Assembly: GCA_951406725.2 (NCBI GenBank)
Contig: OX597834.1
Location: 43,276,001-43,340,000, forward strand
Reading direction: 5' to 3'
DNA from: Octopus vulgaris
Lineage: Eukaryota
Length of the DNA: 64,000 nt
Made by a program: the position numbers and the translations under genes. Positions 1 through 14,480 of this stretch are shown piece after piece. Under the pieces are notes generated by a model. It was not told the DNA's origin and searched no databases. It saw only the letters and a list, made by a program, of their open reading frames with translations. Position 1 is the first letter of the stretch. Every line of letters starts with the position of its first letter.

Positions 1-720
1 TAACAGAGGAATTAGTAGAATCGGGGAACTGAAAGGCAAAAACATATAAATGAAATAAAGAAACCATCGACTGATATCAAAGCATGCTCTTTGTGAAATC
101 AAGATATATTTGTAATCAAAATATAAACAAAAGAAGATCGTGGGGCGGAGGGTAACATGATCAGTTTTCATCTAAGAGATTTCGTTTTAGTCATTTCTTA
201 AGTGTTGAGCGAGTTCGAAGAGATAAAGATGTCGTTTAACGGAGAGAAAACAACAAAAGCCTTGATTAATGTAAAATGAAATAACTCGAAAAGGGCGACT
301 GTCTGCGCTTGGTGATTCTCAAGGGCGGAAGGGTAGCGCAAACGCATTCAAGCAGTGGAGAAAACAAATGTTTTTATAATAATAGATAGGACAACTTACT
401 GTATCGTCTAGGACAAGTAATCTTATCGCATAGGTAAATTCGTTCGAATACATATGCAGTTGTCCAGCCACACATCTATACGCACACATATATAAATACA
501 CAGACGTAATGACATAAACACACTTACCTATACATATACGGACATACACGTATTCTGACACGAAATATAAGATATATAAGAGTAAGAGATGATAGATAAT
601 CTCCCTTTGGCCGTTCCGCTTTCCCGGTCTGTCTTTCTCTCGATTCGCTACTTCTTCTACTATCGAAACCGGTCAAGATCACATTTCGTAAGACTTTTAT
701 CTACGGATTGTATTTCAATA

Positions 721-727
721 GGTAGAC

Positions 728-805
<78 letters not shown>

Positions 806-1010
806 GTATGGAGGGATGGATGGATGGATGGTTAGATTGATAGATAGGCAGCTTGACAGATAGATCGATCAATAGATAGATATATAAATAGATAGATAGG
901 CATATAGAGTGATAGGTAGATAAATAGACTGACAGACAGACAAATAGATAGATAGACAGATAGACAGACCGATAGATAAGTAGATAGATAGAACGATAGA
1001 TAGATAGAAA
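721..1010. repeat. (GATA)n/(GACA)n/(GGAT)n compound microsatellite
   Basis: Direct reading; source of the 'YLSIYLSI' ORFs. Confidence 0.95.
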
Positions 1011-1699
1011 GAAAGATAAATTGATATATTCGGTTGTTTTCGGCATGTTTTTTCTATCAAGTTTTCATATGTAAGCTTTTTTTTTTCATTATTCAACTGA
1101 AGATATCATATGAGACATTTGTCAATATACCGTACAGCGAGCGCGAACCTGCAACCAAGTCAATACGAACCCAACTTCTGAGCAACATAACCAACCCAAC
1201 GATTATACCTCAGGCAGAAAAAATGTCCTCGAACAATGTTTGTGAATGAAATTCTGCCAATGTTGTTGATCAGTGACCGCTTTAGCACGGACAAAAGATT
1301 TTGATGTATTTAGGTTTGTACCTGCAAGTGGTAGGGTCAAATCCGGTCATGTCTTTTTATTACTTTAGTTAAATGAGAGAGTTTATACCCAGTTCATAGC
1401 GTTGATTCAAGCAATTAAACCCAATAATTGAGCTGGAGAAACGTGAAAGAGAAATCAATATTTTTAAAGCTTAAGAGAATATTTCAAAGGGATTCAAATA
1501 TCCACAACGATGTTTCAAGGCAACGAGGACAAAATTAATGAGAAGCAAGAGATGCTAGAAATAGCAGCTAAAATTAGTTTCAATTTTTCATCTTCTAAAA
1601 CTTGGGTGAATAATCTGCATCTGCAGAAAATAAAGCTTGAGTGATCAGCATTTGAAAATCCCCTTGATTTAGTTTGGGAAAAAACGGTAAGTAGAGCTT

Positions 1700-1865
1700 A
1701 AATCGGTTATATTGACATTAGTGATCAACTGGTATATATGTTATCGCTTCCGAGGGGATTAAAGGCAAAGTCAAGCATGGCGGAGTTTAAACTCAGAGCA
1801 TAAAAAGTGATGAAATATCATTAGGCTTATTGTCCGGTGTGTTAATCGTTTCTGCCATATCGCCA
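1700..1865 (-). mobile_element. Decayed SINE family B copy
   Basis: aactggta...aaaggcaaagtcaagcatggcggagtttaaactcaga matches the better copy at 19124-19357. Confidence 0.65.
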
Positions 1866-2392
1866 TAGCATAATAATAATTTGTATTGAGACAATAGGAG
1901 GATTAACGGTTTCCAATTTTGCACAAAGCCAGTAAATTTCAGGAGTAGCGGTTTGTGATATGATGTGATATATCATGATGCAATAACAAAAAAACGGCTG
2001 AAGTGAAACAAAATTTCGTATTATATATTTTAGAAGATTAAGAAAGTTCCTTGATAAACAACCGTCACTTTTGTTCTAGTAACTTCTTGTAAGAAGCAAA
2101 TCAACTGTAGGTGTAAGATTGCAAGTCATTCGCTTCAATGTAAGAAGACATGACGGAAATAAATAAATAAATAAATGCCGCATGCGCATTCGATATTTCA
2201 GTCATTGGTGTAGAAAACGTCGGTGTGATCGGGTATGCAACGACTCTGATCATTGGCCTGTTCCATTGGGATTCACCTGGGGTAAAAGGTACATTATCTG
2301 CGGATTCTTGCAAATTACCTTTGTCATTAATCATTGGTACAATCAATGTCAGCCAATAGACATATTCAAACTACTACGGAAAGGAAAACTTT

Positions 2393-2394
<2 letters not shown>

Positions 2395-2435
<41 letters not shown>

Positions 2436-2463
2436 TATGTATATATATATCATATATGTTTAA

Positions 2464-2499
<36 letters not shown>

Positions 2500-2586
2500 T
2501 TATGTATATATCATATATATATATATAAATATGTATAAATATATGTATACATATATATATATTCTCATATATATATCATATATGTA

Positions 2587-2620
<34 letters not shown>

Positions 2621-2683
2621 TATGTATGTATTTATATATGTATATATATACACTTATGTATATATCATATATGAATAAATATG

Positions 2684-2770
<87 letters not shown>
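2395..2770. repeat. (TA)n/(GATA)n microsatellite
   Basis: Direct reading. Confidence 0.95.
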
Positions 2771-2771
<1 letters not shown>

Positions 2772-3173
2772 ATCAGAAATGAAAAAATACAACGGAGGTA
2801 AATACGTAAACAGACAGACAGAATGATAAGTAGCGTAAGAGACAGCTGAAATAACTTATTAATGGGAAAGTTACTTGACAGCGTCAATCATTCCAAAATA
2901 ACAGTTTAAAATATTTTTTTGCCTAAATGGTTTGCCGCTTCCTCTATTCTTTGGACGATCGTTTGTCTCCTGAGCTAATTAACCTCCATCATGTTCTGTA
3001 TAATGTAGTCGAGATATGGTTAACCTTATTCGTTGAACATTAGAAGGAACCGAGGTCAGCCGTTCTCGGTATTAGTTTCTTTATCAGCGAAATATTAGTT
3101 TCAGTGTGTTCTACTCGTAATGATATAGATTTGATTCCTGTACGCGTATATATATATATATATATATATGTGC

Positions 3174-3220
<47 letters not shown>

Positions 3221-3589
3221 AATATATGTACGCATGTATTGTGCATATATATATATATATATATATATACTTACATGTATGTATATATATATATATATAT
3301 ATATATACATACAAATACATCTGCGTATGCATACGTTTATGAATTTATATACATATATATATATATATATACATACATACATACATACATATATACATAC
3401 ATACATATATATATAGATATATATATATATATATATATATATACGCACAAATATGTTTACAAATATAGACATATTCAATATTAAACGGCATTAATTTACG
3501 TGTGGCTAATTGCGAAATATACTTCAAATACGACTTACTGTCTTCAATAGTTTAATGGATATGTTCATATATGAAGGAGGGAACTATTC

Positions 3590-3730
3590 GATCACAACGA
3601 CCCCAGAGTTTCACTGGTACTTATTTTATCGACCCCCGAAATAATGAAAGGCAAAGTTGACCCCAGCGGAATTTGAACTCAAAGCGCTCGTGTACATATC
3701 ACAAAGCATCTCAATTCGACGCTATCACAA
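3590..3730 (-). mobile_element. SINE family B fragment
   Basis: actggtacttattttatcgacccccgaaataatgaaaggcaaagttgaccccagcggaatttgaactc. Confidence 0.75.
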
Positions 3731-4464
3731 TCCCATCCTCCACTGGCTTTTAATTTATAAATTTGGAAATATGGAAAAAGGGAAACTGATTTTTAGGTCG
3801 AATTTGAACTCGGAACTCCGAGTACAGTACCAAATACCGCCAGACACCCTATCCTCCTTCCTAACGATTCTGCAACTTCATCTTCATTCGCCGCTGCATA
3901 TTTCCATTTAATTCTTCCTCAATTGAAATCGAATGCGCTGCCTTGTTTTACTTTGTGTAAAGTTGTGAAAATAATGATTATTCTTCACAATACGGATGTG
4001 ATTTCAATTGCTTTATGGCTCACCGCACACGACTACTAAGATTTAACTCAGACATGCAACATCAAAATCCAGAACAATTGTTCAAAAAGTCTAAGAATTA
4101 TTTGCAGTATAGTAAAATAATGCTCGCTGTTACCGTCCATATTGATTGTATGTGTTTTTTTTTCTGGTTGTTTTGCGTAATCGAAATTCATTATTATGCT
4201 TTGCTTGCAATACGTGAGCCATAACAAGATCAAATTTCATAAATGGCAACAGAGAGAGCAACAATAACAACAACAGTATGAATAACAACAACATTAGTAC
4301 TAATAATACAACAGCAACTGTAATAAGAGCTAGGCAAGGAGAAAGATTTTAGAGGGTATCTTGAGCTGAGAGAAATAGCAGCTAAATAACCTTCAATTCA
4401 TGAAAGGAATACGACAGCCAAAGAGAAAACTTTGACAGGGTACATTGAGCTGAGAGAAATAGTA

Positions 4465-4562
4465 TTAGGCTTACAAAGAATAAGTCCTGGGGTCGATTTG
4501 CTCGACTAAATGCGGTGCTCAAGCATGGCCACAGTCAAATGACTGAAACAAGTAAATGAGTA
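4465..4562 (+). mobile_element. 3' tail of SINE family A
   Basis: aggcttacaaagaataagtcctggggtcgatttgctcgactaaa...gcatggccacagtcaaatgactgaaacaagtaa, shared with 28230-28330 (reverse) and 49750-49835. Confidence 0.8.
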
Positions 4563-5554
4563 ATACACACATACACCCAAGAACCTTTCTTAGCGAATTT
4601 CCTTCACTACTTATTGATGAACATAAGACGACCCAAGAAGAGCTTTGTGCAAAAGCCCGCGCGTTGTGTATGAACTTAAAACTGAATAGATGTGAAACGA
4701 AATTCGTATATATTTCGTACCCATCCAGTGATGTCTGTGCTATTAGGTTCTTACGATGAAACTTGGTAGCGTAATGCATGCCAAGTGCATGGGAGAGATA
4801 TGATATGATATTCTTGTTTGGAACCCATGTTAGAGAAAAGAGACCAAATCTCACATTCTGTGCGTAAGCTGTCTTACTGTCTGTTATATGTAGGTGTATT
4901 ATAATCTAAATACATTATCAAACGTTTCCTTCAATTTGTTTTTAAATACAATACGGTGTGTGGAGTACAATCAGCTTCTAAAAGCTGTCTTCTAGACTCG
5001 ACAATATGACGACTTACTGTAAGATATTACGTGAATAACAGACAAATGGAAGAAAGATATCAATGTAAAAATGATTGAGCTGTAAACGTCAACGAAACGG
5101 GAAACAAAAACAAATAAACAGAGAGTGTCTGTGACTATCTGTATGGAATTCTCTCTAATTATGTTGTCTTTCTGTTTCATCTAGTGAATGTGAAAATGAT
5201 GGCACAAAACGAAGATATTCAACTCGGTAAAAGCATTGATCTATTTGTAGATGCTACTTTTGGCGATTTAAGGCAATTGGCACCTATTAAACATCGATTT
5301 CAGGCAATAATTTATAACTTAATGTGATGAGTGGAGTAGTGGTTGATAAATTAATAGGGGTGTATTGGGAAAGAGTGTGAGTGAGACACAGAGAGAAGGT
5401 GAGATAGTAAAAGGCTAATTAGGTTTAAACGATACTGTGTTCGGGATCAGGTGATAGAAATGGGTTAAAAACACACATGTATTTCACTCATCTATACATA
5501 CACACACACCAATACATACACAAATGTATGAATATATGAAAATAGATAAATAAA

Positions 5555-5804
5555 TGCGCCCTTTTTAAAGCCTAGCCAGGATCATGGGTCCCGTTTCCCG
5601 GTTTCAAAGGCGTATGTATTCCGCAGCTGGACGGGAGGCCAGTCCATCGCAGCGTTACTCATTTTTTGCCAGCTGAGTGGACTGGAGTAACGTGAAATAA
5701 AGTGTTTTGCTCAAGAGCTCACAACATCGCCCGCTCCAGGAATCGAAACCACAATCCTACGATCATGATACTGACACCCTAATCACTAAGCCATACACCT
5801 CCAC
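5555..5804 (-). mobile_element. tRNA-derived SINE family C
   Basis: Minus strand starts gtggaggtgtatggcttagtgattagg (A box) and has gtttcgattcc (B box), then cttgagcaaaacactt; homologous to 29935-30152 and the head of 45020-45352. Confidence 0.8.
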
Positions 5805-7136
5805 GTATGAATATATAGTTCTGTATATATTTACATGGAAATATATTTATGTGTGCATGCGATAAGGAATATATATATGTATATATATATATATATTATT
5901 ATGTACACACACACAAATATAAATATATACTTATAACTGAATATAATTATGTTTGGAGATATAATTATGTTGTCTAAGATTTCAAGAGACAAATACATAC
6001 TGCGAATATATGCAAATACTTGTGCGTACTTGCGTAAGAGTGTATGTGTTCATGTATGTATGTATATATATATAGAACGTATGCCTGTGTGTAAGTGTAT
6101 ATATATTTATATGTGTGTGTGTATGTGTGTATGTGTGTATGTGTGTGAACGTATGTCTCTGTGTATGTATTCATGTGTCCGTGTGTATGCACATATACAG
6201 GGTGCATAAGTTATTAGAGACCAGTTTTCTGTTTATGAAAACAGCTATATAATAACAGATAATAGCTTTATTTATCAAAAAAATGCTCTGAGGATAAAAA
6301 GAAAAATCATCTTTTTATATAATGTTATAGAATCGTTAATACGCTGAACGAAATCCTTACCGGCATTTCGTCCTTGTTTACACTTTCAGTTCGGTTACCA
6401 TCGTGAATGACTTCGTTTTGTGTCTTTTCCGGGTCAATAAAATTAGTACCAAACAAGCACTCCGCTTGATATCGTCCCCTAGATCCTAAAGATCTCCTCC
6501 TCACAAATTCCAAGACTTACGTCCATATAGGAGAGAGGACTGCTGCTGTGACAATATAGTCTCTCTGGATACCGTCAGATCATGTAGTTCACGCCCGATG
6601 TAAAATAATTTATGAGACATTTGTTCACATGAAACCAGGAGATGCAGCCTCTTTATTGATGGATGTAGGCCATAAATTGTCCCAGTTTTATCTTAAGGGT
6701 TTAACATAACGACTGCAAAAATCCACGTGACATGCGTTTATCGATAAAATAGACATTTTCATAATGACCGATATTCAGCGGCCGCCATTGTGATACTCTT
6801 ATATAATTCTATTCCAAAATGGCAGCTGAATGTTCACACAGGATATTACTAGTCTGACTAACACGGTTGTGAATGAGTGAATCACCATATTTTTGTAAAT
6901 AAAAACACACATATAGACACATATGCACACTCACGTACACACAGAGAAGCTCACAGATATACACCGAAATATACACACTGACAAAATCACATACACACAG
7001 AGAATAAGACACTCATATAAATTTATACATATTAACACAAATGCACGAATATATGTTATCAGAGTTTCATATGTTAATCTGTATACACCCATGAAACTAT
7101 ATATCTATACACACATACACAAATACATACGCACAT

Positions 7137-7191
<55 letters not shown>

Positions 7192-7285
7192 ATAAATATA
7201 TGTATATATATATATGTATATATATATATGTGCATATACAAACGTGTGTATCTCTCTCTCTATATATATATATAAATATACATAC

Positions 7286-7326
<41 letters not shown>

Positions 7327-7328
7327 TA

Positions 7329-7390
<62 letters not shown>

Positions 7391-7949
7391 CACGCAAACA
7401 TACATTAAAGACACCATTATATACGTGCAGTACGTGTATATGCAGGGGCGCATATGCGATAATAATTGAAAGAGCGTGTTAAGGTATAAGAAAAAAATAA
7501 AATCCCAACGATTGAAAATGAGAGAGAAGGGTATAAACAGAAATGATATCATATCACGTAAGATGAAAAGATATGTATGTGATTTTATTGATTGTAATGA
7601 GTGGCTAGGGAGCGAGATAGAGAGAGAGAGAGAGATTTATATTCTTTTACCCACGAATAACTAAAGAATGAAATGGGAGGTTATGATAGATTGCTTTTCT
7701 ACCTGTTTTCATTTTGGGACAATAATCCCAAGTCAATTCCCTGCTTCAAGTTGAACTGGGTTTATGAATTAATTTCAAATATATTGAAGAAACGCATTTA
7801 ATTTATATTTACACTAACTCACCTCCCATTCACCCACTCATTCTTTTGTTTTTTTGTTTTCTCTCTTACCCTGTTTTTCTGACCTTCTTTCTATGTCTCT
7901 CTCCCTGACATATAATTTTCCAATTTTAATCACATTAGTATACATTCAC

Positions 7950-8101
<152 letters not shown>

Positions 8102-9254
8102 CGCGTGATCACGTGACTGACCAGACCATTAGATGTTGCTACACCTCGCTGGTCACAATGCATTCGCATTGTTTTTGCCTTCGAATAACGCCACCCCGCT
8201 GACTAGGCGAGCAGGCCTATATATATATTTGCACTTATATATTTGTTTATGTATGTATATATATGTACGTCTTACAGGCGTTGTTATACTATTCTCTGTT
8301 ATCACATTTTCGCGTTTGAATCGTGAAACATCTCACTCGCTCTCCACACGTACACACGCACACACGCACACACGCACACACACACACAAACACACGCACA
8401 CGCACTCATGCATATACACATACACATTCAAACAATCACAAATACAGCAACAATGAGTATTTGCTAGATTCGCAAGTCAGAAGGACTAGTATTTAGTATG
8501 GGAGAATAAAAACATATTTTGTTAGTTTTCAATCAAACAAAACTTAATGAGCGACAGTTCGTAAATTAATAAATATATATCTGTATATACATAGATAAAA
8601 ATGTATGTATATATTTATGCAGTGCAGAGTCAACTCCAACTTACCAATAGCACGAGCCCTCAGAAATTCACATTTGGTGTCCGTCGTGCTAAAAGAAGTA
8701 TCGGTATGAAGGACCCTCAGTTTTTACTAAAGTGTGTCACTGAAGAAGACAGCTATAACGAAAAATCAGATATACATAAAATGACATTCGATGTCACTTC
8801 CTTAAGAATTAGATTATTGGGGTCACAGATTCCTGAGAATGCAACCATACTGTCACAGCATGTCTTGCCCTGGCTTGCTTCTGGATCATTTCAAAAGTCA
8901 CCATACATAAAATAAAGGCTACCAACGCTTAAGTATTGTATGATCTGCAAAATGAGCAAACAATAAGCCATTAATACCATCATTTCCATCTGATGATGAG
9001 AGAAGGATGGTTGAGAAACGTTAACGTCCAGAAGGACATAGGAATGATAATGATGCAAGTTATACATAAAGGGCTAAAATCATATATATAAAAGAGGAGT
9101 GGATCTCTGTCTGTCCGTCATAGTAACTGTTAGAGGGAGGGAAAGAAGAGGAGAAATGTATGTCACGGTGTATATTTAGAAGTATATATATATATATATA
9201 TATATACATATATACAGTCACCATGATTGACCGCTACATCCACAAGTTTATTTC

Positions 9255-9380
9255 ATCGTGTTCCGTTATGTTGAAGAGCGTAGGCTCGAAACGTAAAAGA
9301 CATTTTCACCTTCCCGAGCGTCAAACTAATACACCTACCTCCTTGTTTATTCACCTGTCATCATCTTTTCTTTTTCTGTA
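9255..9380 (+). mobile_element. Short repeat with a degenerate minimal HHR-like motif (Penelope-type)
   Basis: tgttgaagagcgtaggctcgaaacgtaaaagac...ttcccgagcgtcaaactaatacacct; reverse copy at 11080-11205. Confidence 0.6.
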
Positions 9381-10420
9381 AATTTCAGCAACATACACAC
9401 ACACACACACACACACATATGTGGCAAACGAAAGACACACACACACATATAATGTATATATATGCTTACATAGGTACATAATTTCAATATATAATCATGC
9501 ACACTAACCTACGCACACAACGTTTGAATGTGCGCTTTGAGCTTGGGCCTGAGCCTGCGAGTGTATATGCGTGAGTTTTTGCGAATCGGACCATTTTATC
9601 TAATGTAATGTTGTCAAATTGAAGAGAGAATGTATGATTTATGGAAGGAAGGGAGAATTTGTCGCTTCTTCCAGTGGGTGGAACCCACCTGTAATCCCCT
9701 CTCTCATTATTTCTCATTCAAATTGGATCTTTGCGGTAGAACAAGCTGCGGTTGGAGGAATCCGTTGAGGAGGTGCTGTTCATGGGTGTCATATTCAAGT
9801 CAGTATTTATGACGTGGGTGACGTATTTTGACGGCGACGGAGGCGGATTGGAAAATGTTGTTGGTGCTGACAAAAGTGTAGTAACAGAGTAACACGTAGA
9901 ATGGGAAGTGGAGGGAGATGTATATACATCGTCATCGTTGTTCAGTTAGGAAGTAGTTGCAGGAAACGACATGCGAAATGAAAGAGTAAGGGAGAGAAAT
10001 AGAGGGACAGAGAGAGAGAGAGAGAGAGAAGGGGAGGTGGAAAGAGGAAGGCTACACGTGTGTTTGTAGATGTTTGTTCGTAACAGGAAGAGGAGAGGGA
10101 AGAGTAATAGAGATCGTTAGAATATCGATATCCTAGTCTCTGTTTCCGCTGAACAGAACAGAACAGAACAGGCATTGGAAAATCGAAATTGCTTCACAGC
10201 TTAATTAAAGGTGATGTTAAGTGTTGAAGGCATGTAGTGGTTGCGGTAGAGGTGGAGGTGGTAGTGTTAGTAGTGGGGAATGTAGGTGGTGGGTGAGAAA
10301 ATACATTTCAAAAGAGAGAAGGCCCCAAAACGACGGATACGGAGTAATGCGAAATATAAGATATTTGTTGATTGAAAATACATAATTAGCTATTATACAT
10401 AGACGTATGATAAATTAATT

Positions 10421-10803
10421 GTGGAGGCACAATGGCCCAGTGGGTAGGGCTGCGGACTCGCGGTCGTATGATCGCGGTTTCGATTCCCGGACCGGGCGTT
10501 ATGAATGTTTATTGAGCGAAAACAGCTAAAACTCTACGAGACTCCGTCAGGGGTGGTAGCGAACCCTGCTGTACTCTTTCAGCACACTTTCTCTCACTCT
10601 ATCATCCTGTTTCTGTTGTACTTGTATTTCAAAGGACCAGCCTTGTCACACTCTGTGTCATGCTGAATCTCCCCGAGAACTACGTTAAGGGTATACGTGT
10701 CTGTGGAGTGCTCAGCCACTTGCACGTTAATTTCACGAGCAGGCTGTTCCGTTGATCGGATCAACCGGAACCCTTGTCGTCGTAACCGACGGAGTGCCAA
10801 CCA
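10421..10803 (+). mobile_element. Full-length tRNA-derived SINE family D with 11-bp TSD
   Basis: A box tggcccagtgg, B box gtttcgattcc, tail gtcgtcgtaaccgacggagtgcc; ataaattaatt at 10410-10420 and 10810-10820; partial reverse copy at 48455-48600. Confidence 0.88.
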
Positions 10804-11079
10804 TAATGAATAAATTAATTAATAGACAAACTATACAAAATGAAAGAAGCAAAACTCTTGTATTTTAAAGTCATATTTTCAAACCAAAGACAAAAAGTAA
10901 AAATAAAAACACGATGTTGGAACTTTAAGACGTACATAACTTTCTAAACGATTTACCTCGAAGAAGAGGCAGCTAAATATACCAGAGATTTTCGAAGTTT
11001 GGGGATAATATTGATTACAAAATCATGTATAGTTTTGTCTGGGTAAAAAGCAAGATCGTTGCAGTTTGATTTACAACGC

Positions 11080-11205
11080 TAAAACAGGTGTATAAACAAC
11101 AAGCAGGTGTATAAACAAGAAGCAAGTGTATTAGTGTGACGCTCGGGAAAGTGAGAAAGTCTTTTACGTTACGAGCCTACGCTTTTCAATAGAAAGGAAC
11201 ACGAG
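11080..11205 (-). mobile_element. Second copy of the 9255 repeat with decayed HHR-like motif
   Basis: Reverse complement reads gttcctttctattgaaaagcgtaggctcgtaacgtaaaagac...ttcccgagcgtcacactaatacac. Confidence 0.6.
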
Positions 11206-11289
11206 AAAGAGAATAAACAAAAAACTGATGGAGTTAACGGTCATATATATATATATATATATGCTAATGAAATGATGATATTGGCGACT

Positions 11290-11490
11290 GTGACAGAGTT
11301 GATAGTGGTGATGATGATGATGATGATGATGATGACGATGATGATGATAATGATGATGATGATGATGAGGAGGAGGAGGATGATCACGACGTCAACGACG
11401 ACCACGATCAAGATGATGGTGATGATGATGATGATGATGAGGAGGAGGATGACGATGATGATGTTAATGGTGAGCATGATGTTGATGCCG
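11290..11490. repeat. (GAT)n/(GAG)n trinucleotide microsatellite
   Basis: Direct reading. Confidence 0.9.
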
Positions 11491-12204
11491 TGAAGAGGAT
11501 AAAAGTAAAGATTTAAAAGAAATCGTGATGATAGTATAACTCCTAACTGTTGTTATTGAATTATTTATTGTATAGCACGAGGCCAGACCTGGTCGAGTAT
11601 ACCTATGACTAATGACATCACAGAAACTTTCTTTTCATACACCAAGTGTTAATTCTAGTGTGTATTTCTTACTTGAAACTATTTCTATAGTTTGAGGTAT
11701 ATTTAGCAACCATTTCATGTACATCGAGTAACGATCGATTTTAGACGCTCAGACGTTGCGTCGTTGTTGAGATTGCTGTTTGCATTCTGGTTAAGTTTGT
11801 TACAGTGGATGGTCATTGGCGCTTCAGCCATGACCCTACAAACTGTTTGAGATAAATTTGTGTATAGGATTACGCAATCCGATATATCGTTGCTATTAAC
11901 ACCGGCATGTTGGACTTTTATCTGATTTCTAGTAGGGCATTGACCGCGTATACGATTTTCTATTATGGAAATGAATTAAATTAAGAACAGTTACAGAAGA
12001 ATGAAGAGCGAATATACAGTGCGTGTGTTTATTTGGTAAGACAAAATTAAGCAATGGCCATCCCGAAATACAATAAATTCTGAGTAGAATTTTCGTTTTA
12101 TTTACCTTCAAATCAGCTCAGATCAGGCCGGCCGTAATCAAAGACCATTTTCATATTACATTCATCGTGCAATATATTCTTTACATTTCCTAAAGACTCT
12201 ATGG

Positions 12205-12595
12205 CAGTGGTTTTCAACCATTTTTTTTATCTATAGATCCCTTTCATTAATATTTTATTCTGGTGTTCTCCATAGACATTCAATGTTTAAAAACTAGTTT
12301 TATACATAACTTCTTCCAAAATTTTTATTCTCTTCTTCACACTTCCACTTATATAGGTTTCCAATAGAACTCTCTGAGAGAACATGTTTCACTTGCCGGA
12401 AACATGTCAAAATTTGTAAAACATTAGACAAAGAAACCTAGCAGGTTTTTTGCGATAAATGCACCTAAGACAAATTTTCACGGACTCTTAAAATAATACT
12501 GTGCATCCTTGATTTACTATTTTGCTTGCGTAGAAACCCACAAAAATCATATGTGGACCCCAAAGGTCCATATGTACCCCAGCTCGGGTCCATTG
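12205..12595 (+). mobile_element. hAT-type non-autonomous element (MITE)
   Basis: Begins CAGTGGTTTTCAACC (hAT-Charlie-like TIR) and ends ...ccattg; 8-bp flanks ctctatgg / ctctttga match 6 of 8; right TIR is degenerate. Confidence 0.6.
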
Positions 12596-13327
12596 CTCTT
12601 TGAGATTTGATAAAGTCTTGGGTGTTAAAACAAGCAGGGCAAGATGGTAGGTGGTATAGTTACTACTGACAAGCAGCGGATACGAGTAACATTCCTTTTC
12701 CCTCACCTTGCAAATCTTGAACAAAATCGCAAACGTTTCATTGCATTATTATTACACAGTTTAAATACGTAGTAAAATATAAACATAGGTTGTCTTTTTG
12801 TCTTCATCGAAATGGATGCGGATTTTGATGCTTCGTGTAGGCAGTGTGTGGAAATTAGTGAGAGAGGCTTGCTGTCTACTTCACCTTACATTATTGATCC
12901 GTTCTTCAAGTGTTGCGATGCAACTTGTAAGTATAGTAATCTATAAAATGCACCTAAATAATGGAAGCAACGTTAATGGGAAATAAATATTTAACTTAGC
13001 ATTACGTGAGTACCTGATGCAGATTGCTTTTAAGAAATAAAAATCCCCCATCGACGGCAATCGGAAACTCATTAGATCTACACACACAACGCAGATTTCA
13101 AAGTTACAAACCGTCGATAGAAGAGCAGATAGATGGATAGATACATGTACACACATCCATGCATACATTCGTACATACACACATGCAAACATGCATGCAT
13201 ACATACATACATGGTCATATATAGACGCATACATACATAAACACATACATACGCATACACACATATCTATGCATAAATATATATGTATATGTATCTATAT
13301 CTCACTCTCTCTCTCTCGCTATATATA

Positions 13328-13377
<50 letters not shown>

Positions 13378-13389
13378 ACATAAACACAC

Positions 13390-13447
<58 letters not shown>

Positions 13448-13913
13448 CACATATATCTATACGTATGTGTGGATATGAGCATAGGAAGAAGATAAAGAAA
13501 AATACCTCAAAAATTGAAAAACAAAATAACCATAAATAATAAATAAGAAGACTATCCAAGTGTGTCTCCATCTATAGCTTTTCTGCATGCAATATTCTGC
13601 ATGTTGCACGCGTGTAATTATCGGAATACTACGGTGGCGAGGGTTAGCGTTCGTTTCTCTTGCCCGCCTTCTTTGATAATTGTCAAACATACAGAGCTAG
13701 TGGTAATTGATGTTGCCGTTGTTGTTGTTGTTGTTGTTGTTGTTGTGTAGCCCCCGGTTAGCTCTAATCTGGAAATCTATGTTCAGAGATTATAAACCCA
13801 GCTTATTCCGTTTTATTAGTGTCATAACAAACTGAAACATTTATAATTGCTTATACAAAGCAGTAGATTTGATTCTAGGAACATTTGTGTGATATATCTA
13901 AAAGATTGTGTCA

Positions 13914-14074
13914 CAAGCATGGCGGTGTGGCTAAGAATCTCGTTTTCTAGCAACGCTGCCTTCGGTTCAGTCCTACTGCACAGAACCTTCAGCAAGTTTT
14001 GTCCGCTGTAGCACGGGGCCGATCGAAAGCTTTCGAGGGGATTTGCTAGGCGCAATCTGTTAGTGCGCCCGTCA
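13914..14074 (+). mobile_element. SINE family A 5' half (diverged), running into its internal TA microsatellite
   Basis: gcatggcggtgtggctaag...ggttcagtcctactgc...gggccgatcgaaagc...gcccgtc then (TA)n. Confidence 0.75.
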
Positions 14075-14199
14075 TATATATATATAATGTAGCATGTATC
14101 CCCAGGAGAACATCTTCAGCTGGATATTCACACAGTTTTTGTGCCATGTCAGTATTTGCAAAGGGAAGGCATCCTTCCCATCGTCCGCCTGACGGGATA

Positions 14200-14244
14200 C
14201 GCACGGACCCGGATTTCTGAGTATTTGCCCATCGTCAGCGCACG
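14200..14244 (-). ncRNA. Type I minimal hammerhead ribozyme motif
   Basis: Minus strand: cgtgcg CTGACGA tggg-caaata-ctca GAAA tccggg TC cgtgcg; 6-bp stem I (two G:U), 4-bp stem II, near-palindromic stem III, GUC triplet. Confidence 0.65.
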
Positions 14245-14435
14245 ACAGTCACCGGTGTCCGATGCGAAGGGCTCCCAAAGCAAACACATATATCCTTTTT
14301 CCAGTGACGAAAATCACTGATCTCGAAACAGTGTAAACAAGCAATAATAAATCTCTGAACGAGGTATAATCGTCACTGGAGAAAGGATGAATGTATTTGC
14401 ATTGGGAGCCGTTGGCATGGAAGACCGGTGATTGT

Positions 14436-14480
14436 GGTGCGCTGACGACGGGTATATAGTCAGAAACCCGGGTCCAAGCG
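14436..14480 (+). ncRNA. HHR core in the opposite polarity, stems I and II broken
   Basis: gtgcg CTGACGA cgggtatatagtca GAAA cccggg TC caagcg. Confidence 0.35.

Noticed and set aside
10421-10495. tRNA-like sequence with A and B boxes
   Set aside because: It continues into a SINE body with TSDs, so it is a SINE head rather than a tRNA gene; the same applies to the other heads.
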